Part shown: positions 37,795 to 46,694 of the stretch, in pieces
Numbering within the stretch: position 1 is the first letter of the stretch
Layout: each line of letters begins with the position of its first letter
Virus record (IMG/VR): IMGVR_UViG_3300034061_003829
Location: 1-53,210 of that record
Length of the DNA: 53,210 bases
Direction: 5' to 3' (one strand)
Source: a virus
Taxonomy: Duplodnaviria > Caudoviricetes
Program-made: the position numbers and the translations under genes
The notes under the pieces: model-generated
What the model was told of the DNA's origin: nothing
Database searches by the model: none
The model's input: the letters and a program-made list of their open reading frames with translations, nothing else

Positions 37795-38612
37795 TGGTAG
37801 AAAAAATATTCTTTCAGAGTTCGTTACCTAGAAGTGGTTCAACTCTATTACAAAACATAATGGGACAAAATCCAGACTTTTACGTCACACCAACATCAGG
37901 TGTATTAGAATTAGTATATGCAGCAAGAGCTAATTACACATCATCACCTGAGTTTAAAGCACAGGATTCTGAATTAATGAAGGAAGGATTCACAGCTTTT
38001 TGTAAGAATGGTATTGAGGGTTACTTTAACGCAATTACAGATAAAAAATACGCAATGGATAAATCAAGGGGTTGGGGTATTCATTATGGATTTCTTAATT
38101 CATTTTATCCTGAACCAAAAATTATCTGTATGATAAGAGACCCAAGAGCAATATACGCTTCAATGGAAAAAAACTTTAGAAAAAATCAACATTTAGATTC
38201 AGGTATTGTAGATCACGCACAAATGCAAGGTACGACAACTGAAAAAAGGATTGATATATGGACACAAGGACAACCAGTGGGTTTAGCATTAGAAAGATTA
38301 TATCAGGTATTAAGAGAAGGTATTGGACAAAAAATGTTGTTTGTTAAATTTGAAGATTTGTGTAGACAACCTGAAATTGAAATGCAAAGAATATATAAGT
38401 ATTTAGAAGTTCCTTATTTTCAACACGATTTCAATAATATTGAACAGATAACACAGGAAGATGATGCTGTATATGGTATATATGGTGATCACGTAATTAA
38501 ACCTAAATTAGAACCCGTTAAAAATGATTATAAAGAAGTATTAGGTGTAAATGCGGCTAATTGGATTAGAAATAATTTTAAATGGTTTTATGATGAGTTT
38601 AAATATATTTAA
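37794..38612 (+). CDS. PAPS-dependent sulfotransferase
   Basis: 5'-PSB loop SLPRSGSTLL, DK.R.W, 3'-PB IRDPRAIYAS, V.FEDL...P.....IY.YL; TAATG-coupled to the GT. Confidence 0.88.
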   Translation: MVEKIFFQSSLPRSGSTLLQNIMGQNPDFYVTPTSGVLELVYAARANYTSSPEFKAQDSELMKEGFTAFCKNGIEGYFNAITDKKYAMDKSRGWGIHYGFLNSFYPEPKIICMIRDPRAIYASMEKNFRKNQHLDSGIVDHAQMQGTTTEKRIDIWTQGQPVGLALERLYQVLREGIGQKMLFVKFEDLCRQPEIEMQRIYKYLEVPYFQHDFNNIEQITQEDDAVYGIYGDHVIKPKLEPVKNDYKEVLGVNAANWIRNNFKWFYDEFKYI

Positions 38613-38613
38613 T

Positions 38614-38641
38614 AAAAACCCTCGAATGTGAGGGTTTTTTT
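38614..38641 (+). terminator. Intrinsic terminator ending the fibre-GT-sulfotransferase operon
   Basis: AAAAACCCTC-GAATGT-GAGGGTTTTTTT. Confidence 0.85.
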
Positions 38642-38702
38642 ATTTTACAACTATTTATATCTAAATAATTTAACATTTTATAAAAATTAGATATTTATCA
38701 AT

Positions 38703-39053
38703 ATGATGCAAAGAATACTAGTACCTTCAACAAGCGCCGATTTTAACAATTATGTATATGATACAGTTGTTGTAACATCAGCATGTACAGTAACATTAAA
38801 TGGTACTACATACACATTTCCAGCGGGCGTAACATTTGAAATGGATGTTAAATCTGTTCAGGTAGGTAGTCCTGTGCTACTTTTAAGTGGTTATTTAACT
38901 ACATATATGTTTCCAGTTTATCTTGGAAATCCATGGACTACTGATTATTTAGGTAGACCAATAATAAATTCAGCGAATGGAGGTGTTTGGGCTATAACTG
39001 GTAATACATCATTTAGTTCAGTTACAGGTACACAATACGCATACTATAAATAA
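38703..39053 (+). CDS. Hypothetical virion protein
   Basis: 116 aa; TATTTATA 38652 and TATTTATC 38692 upstream. Confidence 0.65.
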   Translation: MMQRILVPSTSADFNNYVYDTVVVTSACTVTLNGTTYTFPAGVTFEMDVKSVQVGSPVLLLSGYLTTYMFPVYLGNPWTTDYLGRPIINSANGGVWAITGNTSFSSVTGTQYAYYK

Positions 39054-39072
39054 AAATTAAAACAAATAATAT

Positions 39073-40131
39073 ATGGACTCAATTAGAGCGGTAGGTAGTG
39101 AATTACTACAAGGACAAGAAAAACATAATAGATTAATTGAATTAATGGGTATTAAGAAAACCGTTAATGAATCTAAAAAATCGGTGAATAATGAAGATTA
39201 TATTATTCACGCAGCGGATGGTAAATCTTATGGTATTTTCAGAGAAAACAAAAACTTCTTTGTAAAATACGCTAATAAACATACTGAAGATTCAAACGAC
39301 TTTGAATACATTGGCGGATTAGTTAGAAAAACTAAAGAATTACACGAATCTTATTCAGATGCATTTAGAAGATTAAATGTAATGATTAGTGACATCAATC
39401 AAAAATATGGTGTTAAGAACCCTAAAACTTTATTTGAGGCTGACAAACAATATATGTTACAACCTGAAGCTCCAACTTCAGAAGCTCCAACTTCAGCACC
39501 TACAACAGATGCTGGACTTCCAGCACCGGCACCTGATACAACTCAACCGGCAGCTGAAGGTGATGAAAATGATCCAGTTAAAATGGTTCAAAGTTTAACA
39601 GGTAAATTAGGACAAGCTCTTAGAGATAACATGCAAAACGAACAAGTTTCTAATGCAGAAATGGTTAAGTATGTATTGAATTCAGTTTTATCAGCAGTTG
39701 ATTTAAATAAATTAACACCTGAAGATAAAGAAGTTTTAAATAATAAAATATTAGGTAAAGAAGAACAACCAGCAACACCTGAAGCAGGTGCTCCAACTGA
39801 AACTCCTGCACCTGAAGCGGCTCCAGCTCCTGAAGGTACAACACCTGAAGCGGGTAGTGAAGATCCATTCGCAGGTTTAGATCAAGCAGCAGCTGAAGCA
39901 GGAACTCAAACTGAAGGTTTACTTAATTTAGCTGTTACTTACGAACAAGAATTAGCTATTAACAATTTATTATCTCTTTGTGAAAACAAAAACATTAAAT
40001 TAAAAAGATATAAAGTTGAGAATGAAAATGTTATTTTCGAATCATCTAAAGGTAGAAAATTTGTTGTAAGACCAACTGGTGTTTCATTATTAATGACTGA
40101 AAATAAAGAATATAAAAAATTGTTAATCTAA
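39073..40131 (+). CDS. Hypothetical head-associated protein with Pro/Ala/Glu/Thr linkers
   Basis: 352 aa; codon usage resembles that of the sheath and capsid genes. Confidence 0.7.
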   Translation: MDSIRAVGSELLQGQEKHNRLIELMGIKKTVNESKKSVNNEDYIIHAADGKSYGIFRENKNFFVKYANKHTEDSNDFEYIGGLVRKTKELHESYSDAFRRLNVMISDINQKYGVKNPKTLFEADKQYMLQPEAPTSEAPTSAPTTDAGLPAPAPDTTQPAAEGDENDPVKMVQSLTGKLGQALRDNMQNEQVSNAEMVKYVLNSVLSAVDLNKLTPEDKEVLNNKILGKEEQPATPEAGAPTETPAPEAAPAPEGTTPEAGSEDPFAGLDQAAAEAGTQTEGLLNLAVTYEQELAINNLLSLCENKNIKLKRYKVENENVIFESSKGRKFVVRPTGVSLLMTENKEYKKLLI

Positions 40132-40139
40132 GGTAAAAA

Positions 40140-40511
40140 ATGTATCTTTGTTATATTAATAAGTTAGGTCCTAATTATAAGGGTGAGTTAATATACGAGT
40201 TCATTTTTACAAATGATATAGATAATGTGAATGGGGATGATTGGGATAGATTACCAGCTAGTGGTTATCCGGATCTTCCCCATTCTAATTTTATGTCAAA
40301 TGTAATGTTATTAAAGACAAGTATTTTAGATTTAGAATTAGCTAAGAATAATGATTTTTTTACTTATAATGATTGTAAAGAAGGAATTATAGCTATGGGA
40401 TGGGAAGAATCATACGTTATTGATAAAATGATATTCAAGTTTGGTGATGATTTGGAAAGTGTTAAAGATAAACTATATAGGAAAGATTACTATTTAGAAG
40501 AAATAAATTGA
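40140..40511 (+). CDS. Hypothetical protein
   Basis: 123-aa ORF in operon. Confidence 0.7.
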   Translation: MYLCYINKLGPNYKGELIYEFIFTNDIDNVNGDDWDRLPASGYPDLPHSNFMSNVMLLKTSILDLELAKNNDFFTYNDCKEGIIAMGWEESYVIDKMIFKFGDDLESVKDKLYRKDYYLEEIN

Positions 40512-40542
40512 TAAAATAAAATAAAAAGTATATATTTGTAGT

Positions 40543-41058
40543 ATGAATATTATTAAAAAATCCGATTTAATGGAGTTTGTTTCAGAAAAGAAACAAATGT
40601 TATTGGGTAGAAAAATGGAAGCATCTGCTGAACCAGCTGTTGCTCCACCAAAGACAAAGCCTGGTACTAAACCAGCACCATCAACACCTAAATACCCAAA
40701 ACCTGCGGTAACTCCAAAACCAAAGGCTATGGTTGAACCGGCTGTTGCCCCGCCAAAGACAAAGCCTGGTACTAAACCAGCACCATCAACACCTAAATAC
40801 CCAAAACCTGCGGTAACTCCAAAACCAAAGGCAGTGTTAAAAGGGTTAGATGAAGAAATGAAAGTATCTAAAAAAGTGAAACTTAACAAAAAATACCCAA
40901 AAAAATTTGTTAAAGAACATATTAATTCGTATTTTAGCGTAAACATTGTGAGTGAAACAATTAATGAGGATTATTCAGTTGAATTGCATTTGGTTGGTAA
41001 CAAATCAGAATTGGTTAAATGTTTAAAAAACCTTAAAGAAGGTAACGTAATAAACTAA
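40543..41058 (+). CDS. Hypothetical Pro/Lys-rich protein
   Basis: 171 aa; TTG-N20-TATATTTG ends 4 nt before ATG. Confidence 0.7.
   Translation: MNIIKKSDLMEFVSEKKQMLLGRKMEASAEPAVAPPKTKPGTKPAPSTPKYPKPAVTPKPKAMVEPAVAPPKTKPGTKPAPSTPKYPKPAVTPKPKAVLKGLDEEMKVSKKVKLNKKYPKKFVKEHINSYFSVNIVSETINEDYSVELHLVGNKSELVKCLKNLKEGNVIN
40630..40833 (+). repeat. Near-perfect 105-nt tandem duplication (EPAVAPPKTKPGTKPAPSTPKYPKPAVTPKPKA x2)
   Basis: Units start at 40630 and 40735. Confidence 0.95.
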
Positions 41059-41076
41059 TATCATTCAATATGTCAA

Positions 41077-42408
41077 ATGAGTAACAAAATATTTAAGAAA
41101 AAAGAAGTTTTAAAATTAATAAAAGAAGATATGATTCCATACGGAGATGACCCAAACAGAATTGAGCGTTCAATTGAGCGTAGAATAACTAATAGACAAA
41201 ATCCATTAGGTGCTAACCCAGCCTTCCCTGAAGGCACTCCTGAAAGTAATTTTGAGGAAATAATGGCATCTGAACAGTTTAAAAACTCTATTGAGAAAAT
41301 CAAAACATACGCTGGTAGAAAAAATATTCGCGTTGTAGATGGTAGAGGTGTAATTCAACCAATGGCTTTGGTTCAATTACAAATGGAGTTAGTTCGTGAT
41401 ATGGTTAATAAAGAAAGAAACCATAAACCACAATTAGAAAAATTAGCTATTAAATTATTAAAACAAGATTTTAATATCCCTGGACAATTACAATCTAAAA
41501 TAGAAAATGGTAGAACTATTTATTACGATGGATCATTACAGTATGACGTATCTTTAACATTACCTGTTGATTTGAGTGATGCTCAAACTGAGATGCAAAT
41601 GCAAATGCAACAAGAACCTGAAGAGGTTATTGAGAATATTGAAGAGTTGGATTTAGAAGTAGCTAAAAGAAGATTCTTAAATGCAATGATGGCAGGTGCA
41701 GCCTTCAAAGGACAATATATGTTCCATATGGCAGAAGATGAAATTAATTTTATCGATGAAGATTTAATTACGGAATATGGTTTATTAATGGCTATTACGG
41801 AATGGGCTTACTTTATGATTCCACCTGAACATGCGGCAGCCGCTGCAGCTTCAGGGGAACAAGCGGGTGGTTCTGAAAGAGTTGATTTTACAACCGAACC
41901 CCCTACATTAATTTGTAGGGCTAGATCATTCCCATTACTTTGTCACGAAATTGTTAAATCTTTTATGGAATTTATGTCAGCTTGGGGATTACCTCAAGGT
42001 GGGGAAGAAAGTGAAGTAAAAAAAGCTCAACATATTCTTAATAAAGCAGATTTTTTAGAAGCTGAAAATTGGGATTTAATGTTAGGACCTGGATTTTGGG
42101 CTAGATTTTTAGACGCTATCGATGAAAATGAAATAGATATTAAGTCTAATTTATATACGAAAATAGTTCAAATGCCAGTAAAAGAATTTAATTCATTTAT
42201 GAAAGAAGTTTTAAAGAAATCACCAAGAGGTAAACAAATGATGGTTGATTTGGCTAACGAAATTAAAGATGCTATCAGTAAGGAAGAATATAATACAGCG
42301 ATGATTCCATATAGTGAACCTGAAGAAGAACCTAATAATGAACCTAATAATGAACCTGATGAAGATATAGATGTTGATGATATAGATATATCTGACTTAT
42401 TTAAATAA
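41077..42408 (+). CDS. Hypothetical helical protein (probably head/internal)
   Basis: 443 aa; N-terminal EVLKLIKE leader; acidic tail. Confidence 0.75.
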   Translation: MSNKIFKKKEVLKLIKEDMIPYGDDPNRIERSIERRITNRQNPLGANPAFPEGTPESNFEEIMASEQFKNSIEKIKTYAGRKNIRVVDGRGVIQPMALVQLQMELVRDMVNKERNHKPQLEKLAIKLLKQDFNIPGQLQSKIENGRTIYYDGSLQYDVSLTLPVDLSDAQTEMQMQMQQEPEEVIENIEELDLEVAKRRFLNAMMAGAAFKGQYMFHMAEDEINFIDEDLITEYGLLMAITEWAYFMIPPEHAAAAAASGEQAGGSERVDFTTEPPTLICRARSFPLLCHEIVKSFMEFMSAWGLPQGGEESEVKKAQHILNKADFLEAENWDLMLGPGFWARFLDAIDENEIDIKSNLYTKIVQMPVKEFNSFMKEVLKKSPRGKQMMVDLANEIKDAISKEEYNTAMIPYSEPEEEPNNEPNNEPDEDIDVDDIDISDLFK

Positions 42409-42409
42409 T

Positions 42410-42437
42410 AAAAAAACCCCTTAATTGGGGTTTTTTT
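42410..42437. terminator. Bidirectional intrinsic terminator
   Basis: A-run-CCCC-TTAATT-GGGG-T-run between convergent genes. Confidence 0.8.
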
Positions 42438-42472
42438 ATTTTATAGGTGAGTTGATTCACCCATTAATCTAA

Positions 42473-42904
42473 TTATTTTTTATTAGGATAACATTCAATT
42501 TCGTTATTCTCAGTAAATATTTTAAGTAATTCTTCACATTTATTTTTAACGAATAGGACAATCTCATCCCTGAATGGATCTTGTGGTTCGTGGTAGAATA
42601 GAACCGTATCAACTGACATAAAGCTTTTTTTATCTTTAACCATACCTGAAGATCTTAAATCCAAATCAACAATCCATTTTCTATCGTTGAAAATTGAATT
42701 TTTAAGGCTGTCAGCCAATAAGTGTTTGTAGTTTTTAGTTAATTTTTTTATTAGGTTTTCATAATCTTCATAATCTTCATTTGGTTTTATCCAAGTGGAC
42801 ATTTGTAGATATATTGAAATGGGGTTCTTAATGTTCACAGTTCCGTAGCTAATCTTAAATCGCTCATCTAATGGCAAATTTAACTTTTTACCTGTTTTAA
42901 TCAT
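42473..42904 (-). CDS. Hypothetical protein
   Basis: 143-aa ORF divergent from the protease gene. Confidence 0.7.
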   Translation of the reverse strand: MIKTGKKLNLPLDERFKISYGTVNIKNPISIYLQMSTWIKPNEDYEDYENLIKKLTKNYKHLLADSLKNSIFNDRKWIVDLDLRSSGMVKDKKSFMSVDTVLFYHEPQDPFRDEIVLFVKNKCEELLKIFTENNEIECYPNKK

Positions 42905-43000
42905 TTGTTTTTTCTATGTGTTTTTTAGTTTATTATCTGATAAAACAATAAGTATTTTGTGTCATAATAACAAATTTTATTTTAGCTTATATTTATATGT

Positions 43001-43702
43001 ATGACAAAATATATTGATTACTCTAAATTGAGAGTTCTTAAAGAGAATGAAGAAGGTTATGGTATTATAATTGACAATACCGGTTATATTGATCCTAAGA
43101 TTGAACGTAATTCTAGACTAGTAGAATCATATTCACTTGAACAAGATAAAGATATTATTTTATACGCTATTCTTCAAAAATACGATACTGAAAATAAAAA
43201 TGGTAGAATATACCCTGAGAAGGTATTAAAAGCTAATGTAGAAAAGTATCAAAAAGTTATTGATCAACATAGAGCAATATCAGAATTAAATCACCCAGAA
43301 ACATCAATTATTGACTTAGAAAGAGTTTCACACGAGATATTGGAAACTTGGTGGGAAGGAAAAGAATTATGGGGTAAATTGAAGATTCTTACTTCACCTG
43401 GATTTAAGAAATATGGTTATGTTGGTAATTACGCACCTGACATCGCAGCAAATCTTTTATTACACGGAATTACAATCGGTATTTCATCAAGAGGTATTGG
43501 TTCATTGAAAAAAGAAGGTAATAAAAATATTGTTCAATCGGATTTTGAGTTAATCTGTTTTGACTTGGTTTCACAACCATCAACACCAGGAGCTTATTTA
43601 TTTACTGATCAATCATTAAGTAAAGTTTATACAGAGAACATTAATAGAAATACAGTAATTTCTGAAGATGTAATAAAATCAATCGATAATTTCTTAATCT
43701 AA
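43001..43702 (+). CDS. gp21: Prohead protease (T4 gp21-like)
   Basis: NKNGRIYP, ELNHPE...IDLERVSH, GISSRGIGSL and DFELICFDLVSQPSTPGA. Confidence 0.95.
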   Translation: MTKYIDYSKLRVLKENEEGYGIIIDNTGYIDPKIERNSRLVESYSLEQDKDIILYAILQKYDTENKNGRIYPEKVLKANVEKYQKVIDQHRAISELNHPETSIIDLERVSHEILETWWEGKELWGKLKILTSPGFKKYGYVGNYAPDIAANLLLHGITIGISSRGIGSLKKEGNKNIVQSDFELICFDLVSQPSTPGAYLFTDQSLSKVYTENINRNTVISEDVIKSIDNFLI

Positions 43703-43851
43703 TGGCAAAGGCAACAAAAGGTGGATCATCAGGAGCAAAAGTAAAATTAAACTCTAAAAAGAGTGGTAATGGTGTTCACGCTAAAGCAAAAACATCTAGC
43801 AATAAAAACTCAAAAAATTATAAAAAGCCATATGGCGGACAAGGTAGATAA
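43702..43851 (+). CDS. 49-aa very basic peptide ending KNYKKPYGGQGR
   Basis: Translated by hand; TAATG-coupled to the protease gene; next ATG 1 nt after its stop. Confidence 0.75.
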   Translation: MAKATKGGSSGAKVKLNSKKSGNGVHAKAKTSSNKNSKNYKKPYGGQGR

Positions 43852-43852
43852 T

Positions 43853-44371
43853 ATGAAAAAGATTAAATTAACAGAAGCGGATTTAACAAGAATAATCCAA
43901 AGAATCATTAAAGAAGATGATTCAGAGATGTACACAAATTATATGTTCTTCTCTAATTTAGAACAAATAAAACGTCAATGTGAGAAACTATTATCATTGG
44001 ATAAAAGTATGATTGATAATATCATCCAAAATAGACATGATTGGGCAGATGATCATATATCAGAAGCTAAAAACAATGTGGATCAAGTATTCGATTTCTT
44101 TATGGGTAAAGTAAACGAAGATTCGATGGAGATGAGTGAATGGATTATGAGAGTCCCAACCGATGAAAGTGAAGAAATGAATGAAAAGTGGGCTGGAAAA
44201 TCTGTGGTTAAAAAGACAGGTGAATATTCAGATAAAACAATTGCAGAATTAAAATCTGAATTAAAGAAGTTAAAAAATAATCCAGAAAAGACAGAAGCTT
44301 TAAAGAAAAAAGAAAGACAATTAATATTTGCTATCAGAGCAAAAGGTGGATGGAAGAAAGGAAAAATGTAA
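43853..44371 (+). CDS. Hypothetical head cargo protein (KLTEADLTRIIQRIIKE leader)
   Basis: Start moved from 43763 to 43853 because the upstream part overlaps the 49-aa gene. Confidence 0.7.
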   Translation: MKKIKLTEADLTRIIQRIIKEDDSEMYTNYMFFSNLEQIKRQCEKLLSLDKSMIDNIIQNRHDWADDHISEAKNNVDQVFDFFMGKVNEDSMEMSEWIMRVPTDESEEMNEKWAGKSVVKKTGEYSDKTIAELKSELKKLKNNPEKTEALKKKERQLIFAIRAKGGWKKGKM

Positions 44372-44372
44372 T

Positions 44373-44717
44373 ATGAAAATCATTATCACAGAAGAACAAC
44401 TTAAAAAAATCAAATCTACTGACTTTGAAGAATTTGCATCTAAAAGGTTTGGTGGGGCTGAAAAGATAGCTAATAACGCTAAAGAAAAAGGTGGGTCATC
44501 TATGTTGACATATCACCATTTTATAGTTAAATTACCATACTATAAAAAAGCATCTGAAGGTAAGTTTGATTTAGAAAAATCTAAATCTGAATTAAAAGAG
44601 CATATGGATAGAGTGTGTGGTTTAAGTGAGGATGTGAATATCGGACAAGTAGATTTCCAAAGGCTTTTAGGTAAAATAGAAGTATTAGGTGAATTAATTA
44701 TTAAACATAAAAAATAA
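44373..44717 (+). CDS. Hypothetical head cargo protein (MKIIITEEQLKKI leader)
   Basis: Start moved to ATG 44373, 1 nt after previous stop. Confidence 0.7.
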   Translation: MKIIITEEQLKKIKSTDFEEFASKRFGGAEKIANNAKEKGGSSMLTYHHFIVKLPYYKKASEGKFDLEKSKSELKEHMDRVCGLSEDVNIGQVDFQRLLGKIEVLGELIIKHKK

Positions 44718-44896
44718 TGAAAACTATTTTATTAACGGAAGATGAGTTAATTTACTTAATTGAGAAATGGACAAAGAAATATAAAAAATCTATTAATTGT
44801 TCAAATCCAAAAGGTTTCTCTCAAAAAGCACATTGTGCAGCAAGGAAGAAAAGACAACATCATCAACCTACTAAATCTAAATCACCTTTTAAATAA
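44717..44896 (+). CDS. 59-aa protein: LTEDELIYLIE leader plus basic Cys/His mini-domain (KWTKKYKKSINCSNPKGFSQKAHCAARKK)
   Basis: Translated by hand; TAATG-coupled; ends right before terminator. Confidence 0.75.
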   Translation: MKTILLTEDELIYLIEKWTKKYKKSINCSNPKGFSQKAHCAARKKRQHHQPTKSKSPFK

Positions 44897-44902
44897 AAAA
44901 TT

Positions 44903-44933
44903 AAAACTCAGACTTTCCAATCTGAGTTTTTTT
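44903..44933 (+). terminator. Intrinsic terminator
   Basis: AAAACTCAGA-CTTTCCAA-TCTGAGTTTTTTT. Confidence 0.75.
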
Positions 44934-44962
44934 ATTTATAGTTAAGTATAATTTAAAACAAT

Positions 44963-45196
44963 ATGGAAGAAAGAGATTTTTATTACTTTAAGTGTGTTAC
45001 CACTATGTCAATACCTGATGAGAATTCGGGTAAAATCAAAAAGAAAAACGAAGAGTTTATCGTAAAGGCTGTAAGTCCTACCGATGTAGAAGCTCAAATG
45101 GTTCAATTTATGAATGGAACAGTTTATGATTGGAGTATTACAAGTGTAACAAAAACTAAAATCGAATCACTTATCCAAGATGGAAAAGCGATTTAA
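44963..45196 (+). CDS. DUF4494-like protein
   Basis: YF.C.......E..GK.KK..E.F.V.A.S.T..EA...I..V....I pattern typical of this Bacteroidota-associated family. Confidence 0.7.
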   Translation: MEERDFYYFKCVTTMSIPDENSGKIKKKNEEFIVKAVSPTDVEAQMVQFMNGTVYDWSITSVTKTKIESLIQDGKAI

Positions 45197-45201
45197 CCCT
45201 T

Positions 45202-45265
45202 AAAACCCCTTAATTGGGGTTTTTTTATGTCCTTATAATAACCCTCACAAAATGGGGGTTTTTTT
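45202..45265 (+). terminator. Two tandem intrinsic terminators insulating the scaffold/capsid promoter
   Basis: AAAACCCC-TTAATT-GGGGTTTTTTT and ACCCTCA-CAAAA-TGGGGGTTTTTTT. Confidence 0.75.
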
Positions 45266-45317
45266 GTGCTTTATAAAAAATATTTATGACAAAACTACAT
45301 TTTACCAAAAAACCCCC

Positions 45318-45336
45318 TATTTATAGTGTATAAATA
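45318..45336 (+). promoter_or_regulatory. Putative late promoter of scaffold/capsid operon (inverted pair TATTTATA-GTG-TATAAATA)
   Basis: TATTTATA 45318-45325 and its reverse complement 45329-45336. Confidence 0.6.
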
Positions 45337-45354
45337 AATTTTTATTTAAGACAC

Positions 45355-46659
45355 ATGAAAAAAACAAATTCAATTATTGAAGAAGCTCTAATCGAAGCAA
45401 GTCAATTAGAGGAAGCAGTTAAAGAAGTAGGAAAGGAAGTTCTAGCTACGGCTATGAAGCAAGAGATCGATGAGATCATTAAAAGTTCATTAACTGAAGA
45501 AGAAGAGGAAGAATCACCTGAAATGGATTCTATGGGTATGGAAGCACCTGAAATGCCAGAAGCTCCTGAATCAACCGAAGTACCTGAAATGCCAGAAATG
45601 GAAGATGGTGAAGAAGATGAAGAAGTTATGGATATGACAAACGCATCTGACGCTGAAGTTATCAAAGTATTTAAAGCTATGGGTCCAGAGGATTCAATCG
45701 AAGTTACTAAAACAGAAGATGGAATACATTTAAAAGATGGGGATAATGAATATATCCTACAAATGGAAGGTGTGGAAGAAATGACTGATGAAGAACTTGA
45801 TGAGTATTTGGATGAAGCTACATTTGAAGATTTCGATGAATTAGATATCGAAGATGAAGATGAGGACGAAGATGACGATGAAGAAGAGTACGAAGAAGAT
45901 GAAGATGTCGAAGATGATGATTTAGAATTTGAAGGTTGGATGAATGAATTAATGGATGAAGATTCTATGTCAGAATATATGAGTTCTGAAAGTCCTGATA
46001 ATGAAGATATGAGTGAAGAGTACGGTGAAGTAGTTTACGAAATCGAACTTGACGAAGCATCTGAAGTTATGGATGAAGATATGGACGAAGCTGAAGAGGA
46101 TGAAGATTTAGAAGAAGCTGCAAGAACATATGGTAATGGTTCTAGAGATGGTAGTAGAGGTCTTAGAAAGGCAAGAACACCTAATAGATATTATTCATAT
46201 AGAAATGGTTTCGATGTTAAAGTTGAATCTGAAAACAGAGAGTTAAAAAACCAAATTAAATTAATCGAATCTGAATTAAAAGGATATAAAGCAAAAAATA
46301 ATGAATATAAATCAGCTTTAGGTTCTTTAAAAGAAAAGATGAATGAAATGGCAGTTTACTATACAAATCTTTCATACACTAACAAATTGTTCACAGAACA
46401 CACAACAACTAAAAAAGAAAAATTAGACATTCTTAGAAAGTTTGACAACGTAAAAAGTGTGAATGAGTCTAAAAATTTATTTAAAATGCTTTCTGAAGAT
46501 TTATCAAGCAAGAAAACAATTTCTAACTTGAATTCATTATCAGAAAACGTGGAGAAAACATTAACAAGTAGTTCATCAAAATTGACTGAATCAGTTGTTT
46601 ATGAAGATCCAAAAATCAAACAAATTAAAGATTTAATGTCAAAGTTAAATAGAAAATAA
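45355..46659 (+). CDS. Prohead core/scaffolding protein (gp22-like)
   Basis: Extremely acidic centre, C-terminal coiled coil, directly upstream of the major capsid gene. Confidence 0.75.
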   Translation: MKKTNSIIEEALIEASQLEEAVKEVGKEVLATAMKQEIDEIIKSSLTEEEEEESPEMDSMGMEAPEMPEAPESTEVPEMPEMEDGEEDEEVMDMTNASDAEVIKVFKAMGPEDSIEVTKTEDGIHLKDGDNEYILQMEGVEEMTDEELDEYLDEATFEDFDELDIEDEDEDEDDDEEEYEEDEDVEDDDLEFEGWMNELMDEDSMSEYMSSESPDNEDMSEEYGEVVYEIELDEASEVMDEDMDEAEEDEDLEEAARTYGNGSRDGSRGLRKARTPNRYYSYRNGFDVKVESENRELKNQIKLIESELKGYKAKNNEYKSALGSLKEKMNEMAVYYTNLSYTNKLFTEHTTTKKEKLDILRKFDNVKSVNESKNLFKMLSEDLSSKKTISNLNSLSENVEKTLTSSSSKLTESVVYEDPKIKQIKDLMSKLNRK

Positions 46660-46694
46660 AACAATAAAATAAAACAAATAAACAAATAACAACT

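Noticed and set aside
41935-41975. HExxH metallopeptidase motif in the 443-aa protein
   Set aside because: Sequence is HEIVK, lacking the second His.
44760-44945. 61-aa ORF from the track
   Set aside because: Overlaps the better-coupled 44717-44896 gene in another frame and runs through a terminator.
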